Source of the DNA: a virus
Length of the DNA stretch: 64,000 bases
Direction: 5' to 3' (one strand)
IMG/VR virus record: IMGVR_UViG_3300017957_001843
Span: 11,244-75,243 of that record
The translations under genes and the position numbers were made by a program. Positions 26,348-40,000 of this stretch are shown here, piece by piece (the first letter of the stretch is position 1; the number at the start of each line of letters is the position of its first letter). The notes below the pieces were generated by a model. That model was given only the letters and a program-made list of their open reading frames with translations, searched no databases and was not told the DNA's origin.

Positions 26348-28276
26348 TTAAAATGAATAAGGTGATGTTGTACTTACGTGATCCCAAGTTGTTCCATTTG
26401 ATGAGAAAGTCATAAGTGTCCTTGTTGGTGTAAGTATAACACTACCACTTGCTGTATTAGATGCTACAATATCTTGTACAACTGATTCATTTTGTGTTCC
26501 ATTTGAGTCTACATCTAGTGCAGACTTTGTTAGTACACCAGACGTATCTGGTGATAAAGTTACACTAACGTCTATACCTTCTACTATTGCTCCAGCATAA
26601 GATGTAGCGTGAACTTTTGCATTTTTTCCTATGTTAATAGTGTGTGCAGGATACATAGATTGTATAATAGTAGCAACATTATTTTCCAATGTTGCTCCTG
26701 TTCCTAAACCTGTAATATCCATACTAAACACAATAGGCTCTTCGGCAATTGAACTATCTACATAGTTTTTCGTTGCCGCGTCTTGAAGATCTGTTGGATC
26801 AGCTATTCCTGTAATTTTTTGTGAATCTTGAACTGCAATATCACCTGCTGCTGTGATGTTTATGCCATTATTTGAAACAATGGCAAATGTTCCTGCAGAG
26901 GGAGATGCTGTTATAGTAGCGCCATCTAAATTTATATCGTCAACATTTAACTCTACTAATGTTCCTATTCTAACTAAATCATCTGCATACAGTATATTAG
27001 ATAAACTGTCATTAGTAAGTTTATCCTGGCCGCCTATTTTATAGGCCCTAGTATTATCGCTCAAATCAGCATTTACATTTGATGTCCAAGAATTTGTAGC
27101 ATTTATCCAAGTCCAATTTTTATCGCCCATATCAGAAGTAGATAGTATCAAACCGCCGTCATCTGCATTAGCCCCTGTCACAACGTTTCCGTCTGATGTT
27201 TTAGCAAGTTCGATATTTTTATCTTCTACTCTTAATGTAGCAACGTCTATACTTGTAGTTTCACCTTCAACTAACAAGTTTCCTGTTACTCTTAAGTCAC
27301 CGTCTACATCTAAAGTATACTCAGGCAATCTAGACGAAGTACCTGTTGCATCTTTTGTAAAAATACCTACACGTTCTGTACTTGCATCAATATAAATTGC
27401 ATCTACTGTAACACTTCCTGCTTGACTAGACTTAACACGTAAACTAATATCTTCGTCTGTAATTTGATTTTCTATATAAAATCTAGGACCAACTATACGC
27501 TGCACAACGTTTTGTGATAAACCTAATGTAATACCACCATTATTTGATACAGTCAGTGTTCCAGTAGTTGTGCCATTTGACGTTGAAGGTAAAAATGAGT
27601 CAGCTGTTCTAACAACACCACCTGCTGTTACTAGAGCATTAGCAGACTCAGCAATACCTCTGTATTTAAAATTGTCTTTATCTACAATATTAAACCCTTT
27701 GTAGATAATACCATCAGGATTTGCATCAGTAATTAATCCTGTAATTCTTTGACTATAAGTAGGAGTAAATTCTAGCTCACTAACCACAGCGACTATTATC
27801 CCTCCTACATAAAGACTTGCAATAGTTCTCGATCTGCTTTGAGTATCAAGAATACTTTCTACTTTGAATCCTGTTTCTTGTTGTGTAGCTGTATATCCAG
27901 GACCTACTAATATTAAATCGTTACCGTCATAAGCATAAAATTGATTATTAAGATTGTCTATCCATAAATCTCCTGCAACCATAGTAGGCGATTCGTCTTG
28001 AACAAATGGGCCACCAGATGCTTTCCACTGTTGTCCGTCGTAAACTTTAAGCCTTTTATCACTTTTATCCCACCATACTTGCCCTTCTAACGGATTACTT
28101 GGTGCAGACGTACTTGAAAAACTTTCTAACAACCTTATAAAATTTTCGTTAAATGCTTCGCCGTAACCAGTATAATTTTTTCCTACCAACGTTAAATTTG
28201 TAGTAGTGTTATCTATTTGACCATCTACTAAGTCTGTAAGTATAGTTCCGTCTGTTTTATTAAGTTGATAGCTCAT
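26348..28276 (-). CDS. Baseplate/tail fibre protein
   Basis: Same N-terminal module (GKNYTGYGEAFNENFIRLLESF...GQVWWD); fibre motifs LDVDGDLRVTGNL, VEDKNIEL, DAATKNYVD. Confidence 0.7.
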   Translation of the reverse strand: MSYQLNKTDGTILTDLVDGQIDNTTTNLTLVGKNYTGYGEAFNENFIRLLESFSSTSAPSNPLEGQVWWDKSDKRLKVYDGQQWKASGGPFVQDESPTMVAGDLWIDNLNNQFYAYDGNDLILVGPGYTATQQETGFKVESILDTQSRSRTIASLYVGGIIVAVVSELEFTPTYSQRITGLITDANPDGIIYKGFNIVDKDNFKYRGIAESANALVTAGGVVRTADSFLPSTSNGTTTGTLTVSNNGGITLGLSQNVVQRIVGPRFYIENQITDEDISLRVKSSQAGSVTVDAIYIDASTERVGIFTKDATGTSSRLPEYTLDVDGDLRVTGNLLVEGETTSIDVATLRVEDKNIELAKTSDGNVVTGANADDGGLILSTSDMGDKNWTWINATNSWTSNVNADLSDNTRAYKIGGQDKLTNDSLSNILYADDLVRIGTLVELNVDDINLDGATITASPSAGTFAIVSNNGINITAAGDIAVQDSQKITGIADPTDLQDAATKNYVDSSIAEEPIVFSMDITGLGTGATLENNVATIIQSMYPAHTINIGKNAKVHATSYAGAIVEGIDVSVTLSPDTSGVLTKSALDVDSNGTQNESVVQDIVASNTASGSVILTPTRTLMTFSSNGTTWDHVSTTSPYSF

Positions 28277-28277
28277 T

Positions 28278-30407
28278 TTATTGTCCAGTATAAATTATAT
28301 AATTGACAGCTAGATAAGGATTCATAATATTCAATGGTGCACCTACAAATTCCGGATTTTCCTCTGTACCTAAATTTCTAAAGTCACCTGTTCCTGTGAC
28401 ACCACCTCCGTCTACGCCGCCGCTAGATGAAAGACCCTGTGTGCCGCCTAATCCTGGTTCTACTGTTAATGTAATTGCATTATCATCAGAAGGTTCTCCT
28501 GCTGCTTCTCTAATTGCATAGTATTGGTTACCGCTAGGTCCTTCTAAATCGTGTTCGTGCTCAGGCAAATTAGTATCTCTAATTGTTATTTCTTCTGCCC
28601 CTGCATTTCCGCCAATTTGATCTGCTGCCTGAGATGTTACTCTGTTAGCAGATATATCATTCATATTATCTAAACCTAGTGCAAATCTACCTCTAAAATC
28701 AGGTAAGCCGAAAGTTGTTGCACCATTATTTGCAAGTAAAGTTCTATCCTTAAATGAATAGCCAATAGCTTCAAATAGTATGCTATAATCTGCAATATTA
28801 ACTACTGCTCCGTCACAAAATAACCAACCATTAGGTAATGCTATACCTCCGAATGGTACAATTACACCTGCAGGAACTAAAGGAATTGTGTTTAGAAAAG
28901 TACTTTTCTTAACTTTATAAACGCCGGATGTGTAACCGCCACTAGTATTTAATTTATTGATTAGTATTTCGTCTTCATTGCTTGAAAAAGGTAATGAATC
29001 TTTATTAGAAATAAAACTGTTTGATATACTTAAATTGAATGTCTTGTTAGTTCCTCCTGTTTGTCCATCAAACTCGAAACTTACATTTTCTACATCTCCT
29101 GTAGCTTGAAATGTAGTTGCTGTTGCTAATCTATCTGCAGATCCTGCTCTACCACTAACTGTGCCACTGACGTTACCTTGTATATTTCCAAAGAAAGTTG
29201 TGGCGTGTATTTCTTCATATTTCGAAGTGCTACTACCGATATTACGTGTACCGCTGCCATCAGGAACAATATTGCCGGAAGTAATTACTCCTGCACCGTC
29301 TCCAGTTCCCATTGATAAGTCGCCGCCAACAAATAAGTTTCTACCAATTGCTGCGCCACCTTTTGTAACAAGTGTTCCTGTATTGAGATCATTTGCTTGA
29401 AATGTCGTGTCTATTAATATTTGCCCTGTAGTAGGATCACCTGTTCTTGAATTAACTTTTAACGTACCTTTTAGATCTAGCTCTTCTTCAGGTGCAGCAG
29501 TGTTAATACCAATTAATCCTCTTGCATCTACTCTTAAAACATTTGAATATGTAGTTCCATTTAACATTCTTACGTCTAAAGATGCACCACTACTATTTTG
29601 TTGTATTACTGCACTTTGGTTTTCAACTTGCAAACTTAATTGTCCACTAGAACCTATAGAAACACCATCATCATTTCTTACATTAAGTTTAAAATTAGAT
29701 GACGTTTCAGAATCAGCACGTAAAAAATTACTTGCAGGTATAGTTTGGCCGCCTATAACAAGGGCATCTGCTTTTTCTGCTACGCCAAAATATTTTAAAT
29801 CTTCTGTGCCAACTAACGGACTAGAGCTTAGATTTATACCAGCACCTATAGTCGCAAATCCCGGTATTGATGTTTTTGGTGTGAATGCTTGACTACTAAT
29901 TATTATTGCATTATTATTTCTTACTTTGATAACAAAAACACTATACGTAACATCATCGATGCCCACAATCGATTCTGTTTGGCCGCCAGTAAGTAATCCA
30001 TCACTAAAGTCCGGACCAACTAAGATCCAGCCTGCTCCTGTAAACAAATATAACTGCTGTGTTTCTGTATTAACCCAAAGATCGCCCCTTGTTGAGTTTG
30101 CTACATCTGGTTCATTTGTTGCTTTTTTTACACCATTAGCTGCAACCCAAGTTGTGCCATCATATAATTTAAGTTGATTAACCCCGTCGCTAATATCATA
30201 CCATAATTGCCCTTCGACAGGCCTTTCTGGTGCATTTTCATTTGCAAAGTTTTCTAATAGATGTAAGAAGTTTTCATTTATAGATGCGCCATATCCTGTA
30301 TATCCTTTGCCTGGATAAGATAAAGATGTTTCTTGGTTCAATGAATTGTCTTCAATAACAATACTTCCTTTGTTAACACTATCGGTGTATCTAATTTCGT
30401 ATGCCAT
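28278..30407 (-). CDS. Short tail fibre-like protein with phage tail collar domain
   Basis: Same N-terminal module; collar motif PAGVIVPFGG..LPNGWLFCDG...FGLPDFRGRF (about 28670-28885), HEH motif, C-terminal NPYLAVNYIIY. Confidence 0.8.
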   Translation of the reverse strand: MAYEIRYTDSVNKGSIVIEDNSLNQETSLSYPGKGYTGYGASINENFLHLLENFANENAPERPVEGQLWYDISDGVNQLKLYDGTTWVAANGVKKATNEPDVANSTRGDLWVNTETQQLYLFTGAGWILVGPDFSDGLLTGGQTESIVGIDDVTYSVFVIKVRNNNAIIISSQAFTPKTSIPGFATIGAGINLSSSPLVGTEDLKYFGVAEKADALVIGGQTIPASNFLRADSETSSNFKLNVRNDDGVSIGSSGQLSLQVENQSAVIQQNSSGASLDVRMLNGTTYSNVLRVDARGLIGINTAAPEEELDLKGTLKVNSRTGDPTTGQILIDTTFQANDLNTGTLVTKGGAAIGRNLFVGGDLSMGTGDGAGVITSGNIVPDGSGTRNIGSSTSKYEEIHATTFFGNIQGNVSGTVSGRAGSADRLATATTFQATGDVENVSFEFDGQTGGTNKTFNLSISNSFISNKDSLPFSSNEDEILINKLNTSGGYTSGVYKVKKSTFLNTIPLVPAGVIVPFGGIALPNGWLFCDGAVVNIADYSILFEAIGYSFKDRTLLANNGATTFGLPDFRGRFALGLDNMNDISANRVTSQAADQIGGNAGAEEITIRDTNLPEHEHDLEGPSGNQYYAIREAAGEPSDDNAITLTVEPGLGGTQGLSSSGGVDGGGVTGTGDFRNLGTEENPEFVGAPLNIMNPYLAVNYIIYTGQ

Positions 30408-30417
30408 TATCTACTCC

Positions 30418-31020
30418 TTACCCTGCCAAACTCTGTACACGTACCGTATAATCAATTTGTATAAGCCTATTAAGAGATTTTTGTACAGGATGGAAAATTA
30501 CGTGTGTCAAAAGTCTGCCTTCGCCGTCTGCAGAATAACTTCTAAGGCCTAACTCGTCAAATACATAGGCGTTATTTTGGCTTGATGCTGTATCAAATGC
30601 ATCTTGGCCGTCTGGTTCGCCGTAATCTAACAAGCAACTTACTAAAATGTCTGTATAGTTTACACCGCTTAAATGTCTTACTTCGGTCTTGTTGCGTACA
30701 GGATCAGTATTGTTAACACTACGTTCATCTACAACTTTTTTGTATGTTTGATTATATAACGTAGCGTTTGAACCAGTGCTATTTGGTGTCAAATATGTAA
30801 TTATACCAGTAGGATCAACACTAGTTCCGCCATTTCCAAAGGCCATTTCATTTATAAATCCTTGGCCCTGGTTAGCTAAACTCTCTGCTAATGCAATACT
30901 CATATTTTCATAATGAATTGCATTACGTTTATTAATATAAACCTGTTGTGTTTCAGGATCATATATTTTTATATGTCCTTGCACTAGTATTCCGCTGTTG
31001 TCTTGCATTTTATCGCTCAT
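30418..31020 (-). CDS. Putative virion/baseplate structural protein (200 aa)
   Basis: Lies within the structural operon with its own late promoter and AGGA RBS; motifs MAFGNGG, FDELGL, HPVQKS. Confidence 0.65.
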   Translation of the reverse strand: MSDKMQDNSGILVQGHIKIYDPETQQVYINKRNAIHYENMSIALAESLANQGQGFINEMAFGNGGTSVDPTGIITYLTPNSTGSNATLYNQTYKKVVDERSVNNTDPVRNKTEVRHLSGVNYTDILVSCLLDYGEPDGQDAFDTASSQNNAYVFDELGLRSYSADGEGRLLTHVIFHPVQKSLNRLIQIDYTVRVQSLAG

Positions 31021-31037
31021 TTGATTTTCCTATACTG

Positions 31038-31045
31038 TATTTATT
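31038..31045 (-). promoter_or_regulatory. Late-type promoter (AATAAATA) overlapping the stop codon of the giant gene
   Basis: GAATAAATACAGTATAGGAAAATCAAATG on the - strand. Confidence 0.6.
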
Positions 31046-34000
31046 CAGGCAGTTCAGATGTTCCTGCACGTAAGAATCTACTTATACTATTGTCCGACTC
31101 TCCTAATGTTTCGTTGTTTTGTGTCCATAATTTACCTTGCTTTTTAACAATGCTTATTACAGTTCCTTCAATTGGAATTTCACGTAAAACAATACTTTGG
31201 CTTATAGGGTCAAATTTTACGTCAGGATCAATTGTCACATCACCTTCTGGACTATCTTGTTCAAATATTGGTAGATATCTTTTCTGTTCTTGTTTGTCCA
31301 TACGTTTGCCGCCTACAAAAACCTCAATTTCGTCAATGAATGCAGTCGGATCTGTAATTTGATAGACTCTACTTAATCCATCACTTGTAAAGTTTTGAAC
31401 TATCGAAGTGTCTCTATAAGGAACTGTTTTACTTATGTTTTGATCGTAAACTTTTGTACCTATATTGTAAACGTCTTTTATTCCTGTTCCAAGTGTGCCT
31501 CTGCGCAATTGTCTAAGTATATTGTTTTCCTTGACAAAGTATTCTATTCTTTCACCGTCTATAAAAATTATACCTGGTAAATTTTGGGACTTATTCGGTT
31601 CAGAAAGATTTTCTCCACTTACTAATTCAATGCGTAAATCATATTGATTTAATGGAGCTGCAAGTGTTGTTGCAGCAGCATCTAATCTTTTAAAATGTGT
31701 TCTATTTAAAATATCTTTAAATTGTCTATAAGCAAATTTGCTTTCACTTGCTTCAGCTGTAAAGTGCATAATATCTAAAACATCATCGGGTTGTGGAATT
31801 TCTTTTAATATTACTTTATCTTTAACTTCGTTGAGTGTATAATCAACTTCAGCCGACAATAATGTGCCATTTTTTATTACCCATACATATTTAGAATCAA
31901 TTGCTGGCTTGCGAAGTTCTATCTCACCTACTGTAAGCCTATTGTATGTAATATAATCATTACTATCAACATTTAATGTTGTTCTAGAAACTACATCATA
32001 ATTCATTCTTTCTATTTCTAATATATCGTGATTGCTGAATTGATATATTTCTATTTCGCTTTCATCAGCAGGTGGATTTGTTAATGTTACTGTAGTTGGA
32101 CTTGTTAGTGTGTATTCTCCGTCAGTAATAACGTAAATTTCTAAGGAGTCTCCTGGATTTCCTACATCATCTGCTAGTACAACACTACTATTAGCAATAT
32201 CAAATCGCCATTGTAATTCTTCTACAGTTATTAAAGATCCGTTTAAAAATACTACAATATCAGTTGTAAGTAGCGATCCTGAAGGCTGTTGGAAGACTTC
32301 AAGGGCAAATTCACGTTGTCTATTTTCTGGTATTGTATATTGAATATTATATCCAGGTGATAAAATATTATTATCTACTTTAACAATTAAGTTATATTGA
32401 GTCGGTTTACTATAAAACGGTGCTGAACTTAATTCAAAATTAGTCTCTGTACCATCTCCTAAGAATGTATCTTTCTTCAATTGACTATAATTTACAATAG
32501 AATTTCCAGCAAATATTGCAATATATACTAAACTATCTTCTGGAGGTGCTGTATCAAAATCTACAACTAAATTACTATTAGAACTATCTTCTCCAAATGT
32601 AACTTCTTGTTTTACACCATCTATACTTGCATACACAGAGATATCTTCTTGTAGTCTAACATTAGTTGCAAAATGTCTGTTGACACCGTCACCAAAATAT
32701 GAATTATAGTCTAGAATACTTTGTCCTGCTTGTGACATTGTAACAATGTTCAACGCTGCGCCTTCTTGCCATATTTCTATATCTGTTACAACAGATCTAA
32801 TGACTACAACATTATTATTCCAATCTATATCGTAATCTTCACCTTGTGTTAAAATAGTATTATCTATTTTTACAAATACACTATCTACTGTTCCGGGAGC
32901 TACACCTAAATTATAAACGTTTTGTGATTCTACAATTCTATAATTTTGTAAAAATATTTTACCTTGGCCGCTGCCATCTCTTGTGTAAACCTTAATATCT
33001 AACGTATCAAACACCTGTCCAGGCACTAATTCTTCTGGACCTGCTTGTGCAGCTTCACTAATAAATCCGTCACCATCAGTAATGATATCTTCAGCATTTA
33101 TCCCAGTTGCAGTAGTGTAGGCTAAATCGCCGCCTGATAATTGTGTATCATAACTATTAGTGTCAGGTAAAATACTACCGTCGCTTGTTGTTTTTCTAAC
33201 TATTAAAGTATCACCGTCTAATAATACAACACCAAGATCTTGTAAATTTATAATATCTGTTGTGCCGTCTCCTGTAATACTTTGTATAATTGCATTTGTG
33301 TTTGTTACAGGAAGTGTAGTTCCAAAATTTGGATCGTCTAATCTTACAAAAGGATTAGGGTTAGGTTCCTGTGAGCTGTAAGATCTTCTATAAACATTAT
33401 ACTCTACACCATTTTCTAGTGGCTTGGTTAATTGAACTGCAATTGTAGACTGATCTGCTGTGAAAACTTCGTCTTCAAATTGATCGTCGAACTCGTCCCA
33501 TAGGTCCGTATACCAACCTTTTCTATCCCAGCCAGATATTCCAACAAATGCATAACTTCTAACTTCTACACCGCCATAGTCTACGCCTGTCATAAGTTGT
33601 GCCAGATCCTTACCATACATATCAGATAACGGATTATATGCAAATTGTATTCTATCTTCTGCTCCTAACATACTTAACGGTATTTGATACTGTACTGTAA
33701 TAGTATCTCCTAGTGCAGGAGGAGTTGTAAATATTATCTTACCTCTTGAACGTGTATATGATTTTGAGTTATCTATAATATTTTCGTATGTATACTTGCT
33801 TCTTAATTGCTCTATTTCATTTACAAAAACTTTTACTTTTGAATTATCTAGTTCTATTGGAAATGGTAGATCAAATACAGTTTTATTGTTTGTTCCTTCA
33901 AAAGTTTCACTCTTTTGTATAGTCTGGAAGAAATAGTCTCCTAATAATCTATCAAACTTTACAACTATATGCGGAGATCTTACAACACCGTTACCTAAGA

Positions 34001-37000
34001 CTGCAACTGCTTTTGCATCTGTGCCATTTTCGTCTTTTGACCCTTCAATTGTTACAGTTGGCAAACTTGTATATCCATTACCAGGATTTGTAACAATTAT
34101 TTTTGTAATCTTTCCATAACCCAAAACTGCTTTTGCTGTTGCACCAGCGCCACCTCCGCCGGAAATTTTTACTACCGGAGTAAATGTATATTCAGAGCCG
34201 CTGTCAGCTATTTCAATATCTTTAATTTGATAGCCAAAATTATCTCTCCAATGCTTTCTTGGATAGACCAAAGTATTAGTTTCATCTCCAACTAAATTAT
34301 TTGTTACAAGTGTAGTATTACTAGACCTTATATTTCCTGAAGTAGTATCATAATAAGGTGAAAGGTCAAAATCAGTTAAAACACTTCCAGTAGGTTCTAC
34401 GTGATCATAACTATCAACAAATTTCCTTATATTAGTGCTATAGGGTTTAACTTCTTTGACATATTCTTCATAGTCTTCAAGATTACTATACTTAAATGTG
34501 GGTGTCATTTCTAACATACCTAATTTATGTGTAGCTGATATGAAACTTGTTTTGAAAAACCAATCTACATTAGTTTGTTCAGACAGGATATATCTTAAAC
34601 TTGCAAAGAATAGCTGATTATATTCAATTTCAATATCACCAATGAATATATCATCTCTAATTGTTTCTAGAATAATTCTTAATTCTCTAACAGGATTTGT
34701 ATCATAAAATGCACTATCAAAACTTTTGTTATCATAACCTATGTCATTATTTGCAAAATCATACAAGCTCGATGCAAGCTCTATAGTTCCATTTTGTCTG
34801 CCGATGGTCTTATAGTTTATTGTATAGTCTTCAGTATTTTCATTAGATATTTTTTCTAATAGGATCCAACCGCCAGATCCTACATTTTCTATTTTGACAA
34901 CATCTCCTATCGTATCATCTAACGCCGCTAATTGATAAGAATTTTGGACAGCATAATCTATATCTGTAAATTGATTATATCCCTCAGCATAATAATCTAC
35001 ATAATTCCAATATAAACTTACATCATAAGATTGTATTGCTGTTCTTAGCCAATTTTTTTGTACTTCGTTATATTCATATATCGTCCATTTATTAAATGCT
35101 GTGCTATCTGCATTTACAAGGACACTAAATTTTCTTAACTTTATGGCTACATTATCATTATATCCGACTCCTTGTGAAACAACATCAACATTTGTAATTT
35201 GTCCAAGGTTATTAATAGATATTTCAAAAACAGCACCTGATCCGTCACCTTCTATTTGATAACTAGGTTCAATTTTATATCCTCTGCCGGGATCTGTAAT
35301 TTCGACACGTAAAATTTTTCCGTTTACAACTATAGGTGTAAGTTTGGCAGGAGTGACTCTATTTGTGCTTACAAATTCTAATTCGTCAAAGGTATCAATT
35401 GCAAGATCATATCGGCCTGTAAATGTGCTTGGAGCATTTTCTTTTTGCAAAAGATTGTTTATATTTTTTTCATCTACAATAGGAGATTGTGAACAAACAA
35501 AGTTAATTCTTTCTACTGTTTGCTTTAATGCTTCTATCCTATTAACAAAAATACTTTGTCTTGGTTTATTTTGAATGCCAATCCTTTTTGCAGGGGAAAT
35601 TTTTGGATCAGGTACAGGACGCAAAGTACTGTCAACACCTATTAAGCTATCAAACCATTTAAGTTCTATATCTTTATTAGGCTTGCTTGAGCTTAAATTC
35701 TCCGAAATTATCTGGTATTGTGTATGTTCATTTTGTTCTTTGCCAACTTCTTCTTTATACTTGATGTTTAACACAATGTCATCCGAAGTAATAATCTTAT
35801 CTAGATTATTAATAACAAGCTTGTTTTCTGCAATTAAACTAACATATCTATAACCTGATTGTCTAGGTCTTGCAATTAATTGGACCATATTTCTAAGATT
35901 TAATTTTCTATTAGGCAAATTTGGTACAGTTTGTTTGTTTTCTACCCAGAAATAATATTTTGTACTAAAAGTTTGACTGACTTGATCATATTCTAGTTTT
36001 GCACTATACTTTGTATCTCCATAAATTGCTGTGCCGCTTATTCCTAGAGAAAGGCCATTATCTGTATCTGCTAATTGATTCCATTGGCTAGGCAAATAGT
36101 CACTTTCAACCCACTCATATATGTCAATTGTTGCTCCAGGTAATAATCTATTCCATTCATTTCTTTGGAAGGTAGTAGATCCTTGGTATGGGAAACTAAA
36201 TCTTGCAGTGCTAACATTCCACCAAACTTGTCCAACATAACTAGCACCCCAGAATAATTTAGGATCAACGTCTTTATCTGCAATTGGACCTACATTGTAT
36301 TTTGCAGGATCATAATTTAGTTTGTATGTTAATTCTTGGTCTACTATACCTGCAATTTTACCTTGTATTGGATCAATATAATCAATATAAGATATTATTT
36401 CATTTGATCTTTTATTGTAAACAAACATACCGTCTATTTTATCAAGGTCTACAGGAAGTCGGCTAGATCTAAGTGACGTCCAACTCTTTGTATTTTTTAC
36501 TTTTCTATAGTCTATAACAAAGCCGCGTTCATTGCCTATAACATTTTGTGCATAAGGTAATCCTACGTATATATGATTTCCTTGTGATAAAATATTATCA
36601 CCAAAATTCTCTCTTTGATTAGGATACAGTAATTGTTCCGAATATATCAAACCATTACCGATATCTTCAAAAATGTAAACAGTGCCTTTGTCTACTTTCC
36701 TATTAGCAAAAGTTGTAAAGTTTTTATCAAAAGTAGTAGCATCTCTTTCTTCACTATCAGTATCCAAAATATAGTTAATTTCATTTAACCTATTGACATA
36801 AGTGTCAAATCTAGTAGGAATTACCATATCACCATTTAAACTAGAAATAGCTAAATTTTCATTGCTATAATCTAAGCTATATCCAAATCTTTCTACTTCT
36901 TCATTATTAGGAGATTGTAAAGTAAATGTAGGTGCTGTAACTCCGTTATCTTCTATACCAAATTTGTTTGCATTATAATCGTAACTGTAAATCCAAACAG

Positions 37001-40000
37001 CTCCTTGGTCTATCTTATTCGCATCATCATAAGGAACACTTACTGCTATCGAGCTCCCGTCGGGTTTCAAAGATATTGAATTTGCCCATAAATTTTGATC
37101 AACATATACATCAGGTGTTTCTGAATCATTGTCGTGATCTTTCAGTACATAACTACTACTTGGTGCCTTTATAATTTGTTTTAAATTATATTTCTTTTGT
37201 TCTAAATTATAAACAGCAATTGCTGATTCAAATGTGCTATCAGATAACATTTGTTTTGTTTTTACAATTAAAGTTTCGCCGTTTTCGCTTACATCAAATG
37301 CATCTGCAAATTGTTCAATATTTTCAATTGGATCATACACTTGTTCAAATAGTGTTGCGAAACCTGTAAGATTTGGAAGATAACCTAGGTAATCAATACT
37401 ATCAATCTGCGATTCCCAAGAAGTATTTGTTAAACTAGGCGCATCTGCTCCTGCACTAATATTTGTAAGAGCTTTCCAGAATGTACCGTCTTGTAAGACA
37501 ATATTGTTTTCTGCATAAGAATACAAATCATTAAATTGTCCTCTGTACTGTTCGTCTTTGCCTCTTCTCCAAGAAATATTGTTCCATAATACAGGATTTC
37601 GTATATCTTCTTCAGCTGACGAAGCAATATCTTTGTTTGCACGGAAATAATCATCTTTGAATATTACTACATCACCTTTTGTATACGCCGCATCTAATTT
37701 ATATCCTCCTGTCAAATTAACAGTAGTATCAACACCTTGATTATATATTTCTATTGCTCCAGGATTTGTGCGCCATTCATATGGATCATTACGCGAATCA
37801 CCCGAAGGCTCGTTAGATATAAACAGTGTGTATAACTCATTATTTTTACTAATTTTTACTTTTGATCCAAAACGCTTATCTTTACCGGCATATTCTGATG
37901 CTATTGCAATCTGGAACTGATAAAGTCCTGTATTGTCTCTTCTATAAATTGAAACTACACCCTGATTCTCGTATCCGCCAGTTCCGAATCTATCAGCCGG
38001 TATATTAAAAACCTGTGTATAATCTTTGTTAAGACTGTACGGAGCATTCTGTAATCTATCAATTCCACTAAGTGTATCTTCATTAAAAAAGAAATATTCT
38101 TGATCAATTATAGGTATTACATCATTCCAATTTTTGCTAACAGGAAAATTCCTACCAGCATCTATTAATAATAATTTTCCTATTATAGAGTTTCCAATTG
38201 CAATGTCGTCATCAACACTATCTACTGTGCCTATTACTTGATCAGGATCTCCTGCACCTCTTAGTGAAGGATTACTTAAACGTTTTATTTGGTATCTACC
38301 TATATTAGTCTGTTGTTCAAAATTGCCGGGTTGTAAATCTGTCCTTACTTTAACATATACTCTTACTCTATTAAAGTTTCTTTGATAAAATACTACTTCT
38401 GCTGCACTAGTTGTGTTACTTGTAAGTGCAAGGCCGCCAAAGCCGTCTCTCGGAGTTTGGACATCGACTAGTATATCTCCAATTTCTGGTTCGAACACAT
38501 CGCCTTGGAAGTCAAATTCTGTAAACTCAAAATCAATGAATCCGTCCCATATATCTTCGACTAGTTGATTTTTCGTCAAGTCATTAATACTAATACCACT
38601 TGTTGTAATATCATAGTCAGGATTATCAAAAAATTTCATTCCAAAAGTTTGATTTGGATCTTGTAAAAATCTTGCATACAGTTCGTCTGAATATTCTTTA
38701 GCAGCCCTTATAACCAGTTTGGTGCTAGGACGGGCAAGCTCTGTACCGCCATTATCGCCTGTATAGGCTAAATGAGAAATAAAACTAGCTTGGTTTTTAC
38801 GATTTATATAAGGCCCTATCGTACCTATTGCATCTTGTATATTGCTATACAAATTAATAGGATGTTGCTCTACAATTTCGCTTGCTAATCTTACATCAAC
38901 ATAAACTAAACCTCTGCCCACATCATAATAAGTTGAATTATTTCTATATGTAAATTCTTCACCAGCAAATGTAGTTGTAGTATAACCACTTGTAGGTGCT
39001 TCTGAAGTCCTGTACGTTTTGAATAACCAATATCCGCCCACAGCGTCTGTAGTCGCATAGGTGTTTTCTTCAGTATAAAATCCTACAAAGTCGTCGTTAC
39101 TTGTATATAATTCTCCTGTTACGCTAAATGTACCATTAGCATTTATTATGTAAATTACTGCACTATCTTCATTTTTAGCAGTATAATATACTTCACCTGC
39201 GCCTGTGTCTGTAACTACCCTATCACCGATAGTCGGTAAAGTAACAAAAGCATCAATGTAAAAAATATGATCAACTTTTTCATTGATAATATGTTCTTGT
39301 CTTAAAAATTCAGGAGTAATTTCAGTTATTTGGTTGTTAAATGGATAATAATTGTCAAGTGTAGGATACGTAAAACTTCTTATATTCCACGCTAAACTTA
39401 CGCCGTCACCTACATCAGTACCATTATACATATCAGCTGGTGCTCTAACTAAGAAGTGGTCAACAATATTATTAGGCAATCCGGGATCACCTGCTACAAG
39501 TAATGTTAGACTTGTACTATCAGCATCTGCTTCTTCGGTAATATCAATGTAAGAATCAAAAGTTGAAAATGGTTGATCTTCAATACGAGGTAAAATATTT
39601 CTATTTGCCCTCCATAGAGATTCTCTATATCTTACTATATCACCTTTTACATATGATGTGTCAGGATCGAAATCTCCCTTGTATCTTGTCTTTACATAAC
39701 TAGCATTTGGGGCGCCTATTGCTAGATATTCTCCGTCAATGGATACATCTATTGATTGTCCAAAATTACTGTATATTGGATCAAAATATGCAAACGGATT
39801 ATCTTCCTGTACCCAATATTCAGCTATTTCTGCATCGCTAAACACATTGCCACTAGTATGAGATTGGACAGATTTCCAATATGTGCGTGTACTATCTATA
39901 TCGTAAACAACAATAGTGTTTCTTCGATATAAAGTATTAGGTAACCAAGGTCTGATTCTATCAGGCGGAAATATACTTTGATCAACTTGTAGTAAATTAC

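Noticed and set aside
14426-30407. Diversity-generating retroelement or invertible fibre cassette
   Set aside because: No reverse transcriptase or invertase, and I saw no template/variable repeat pair in the window.
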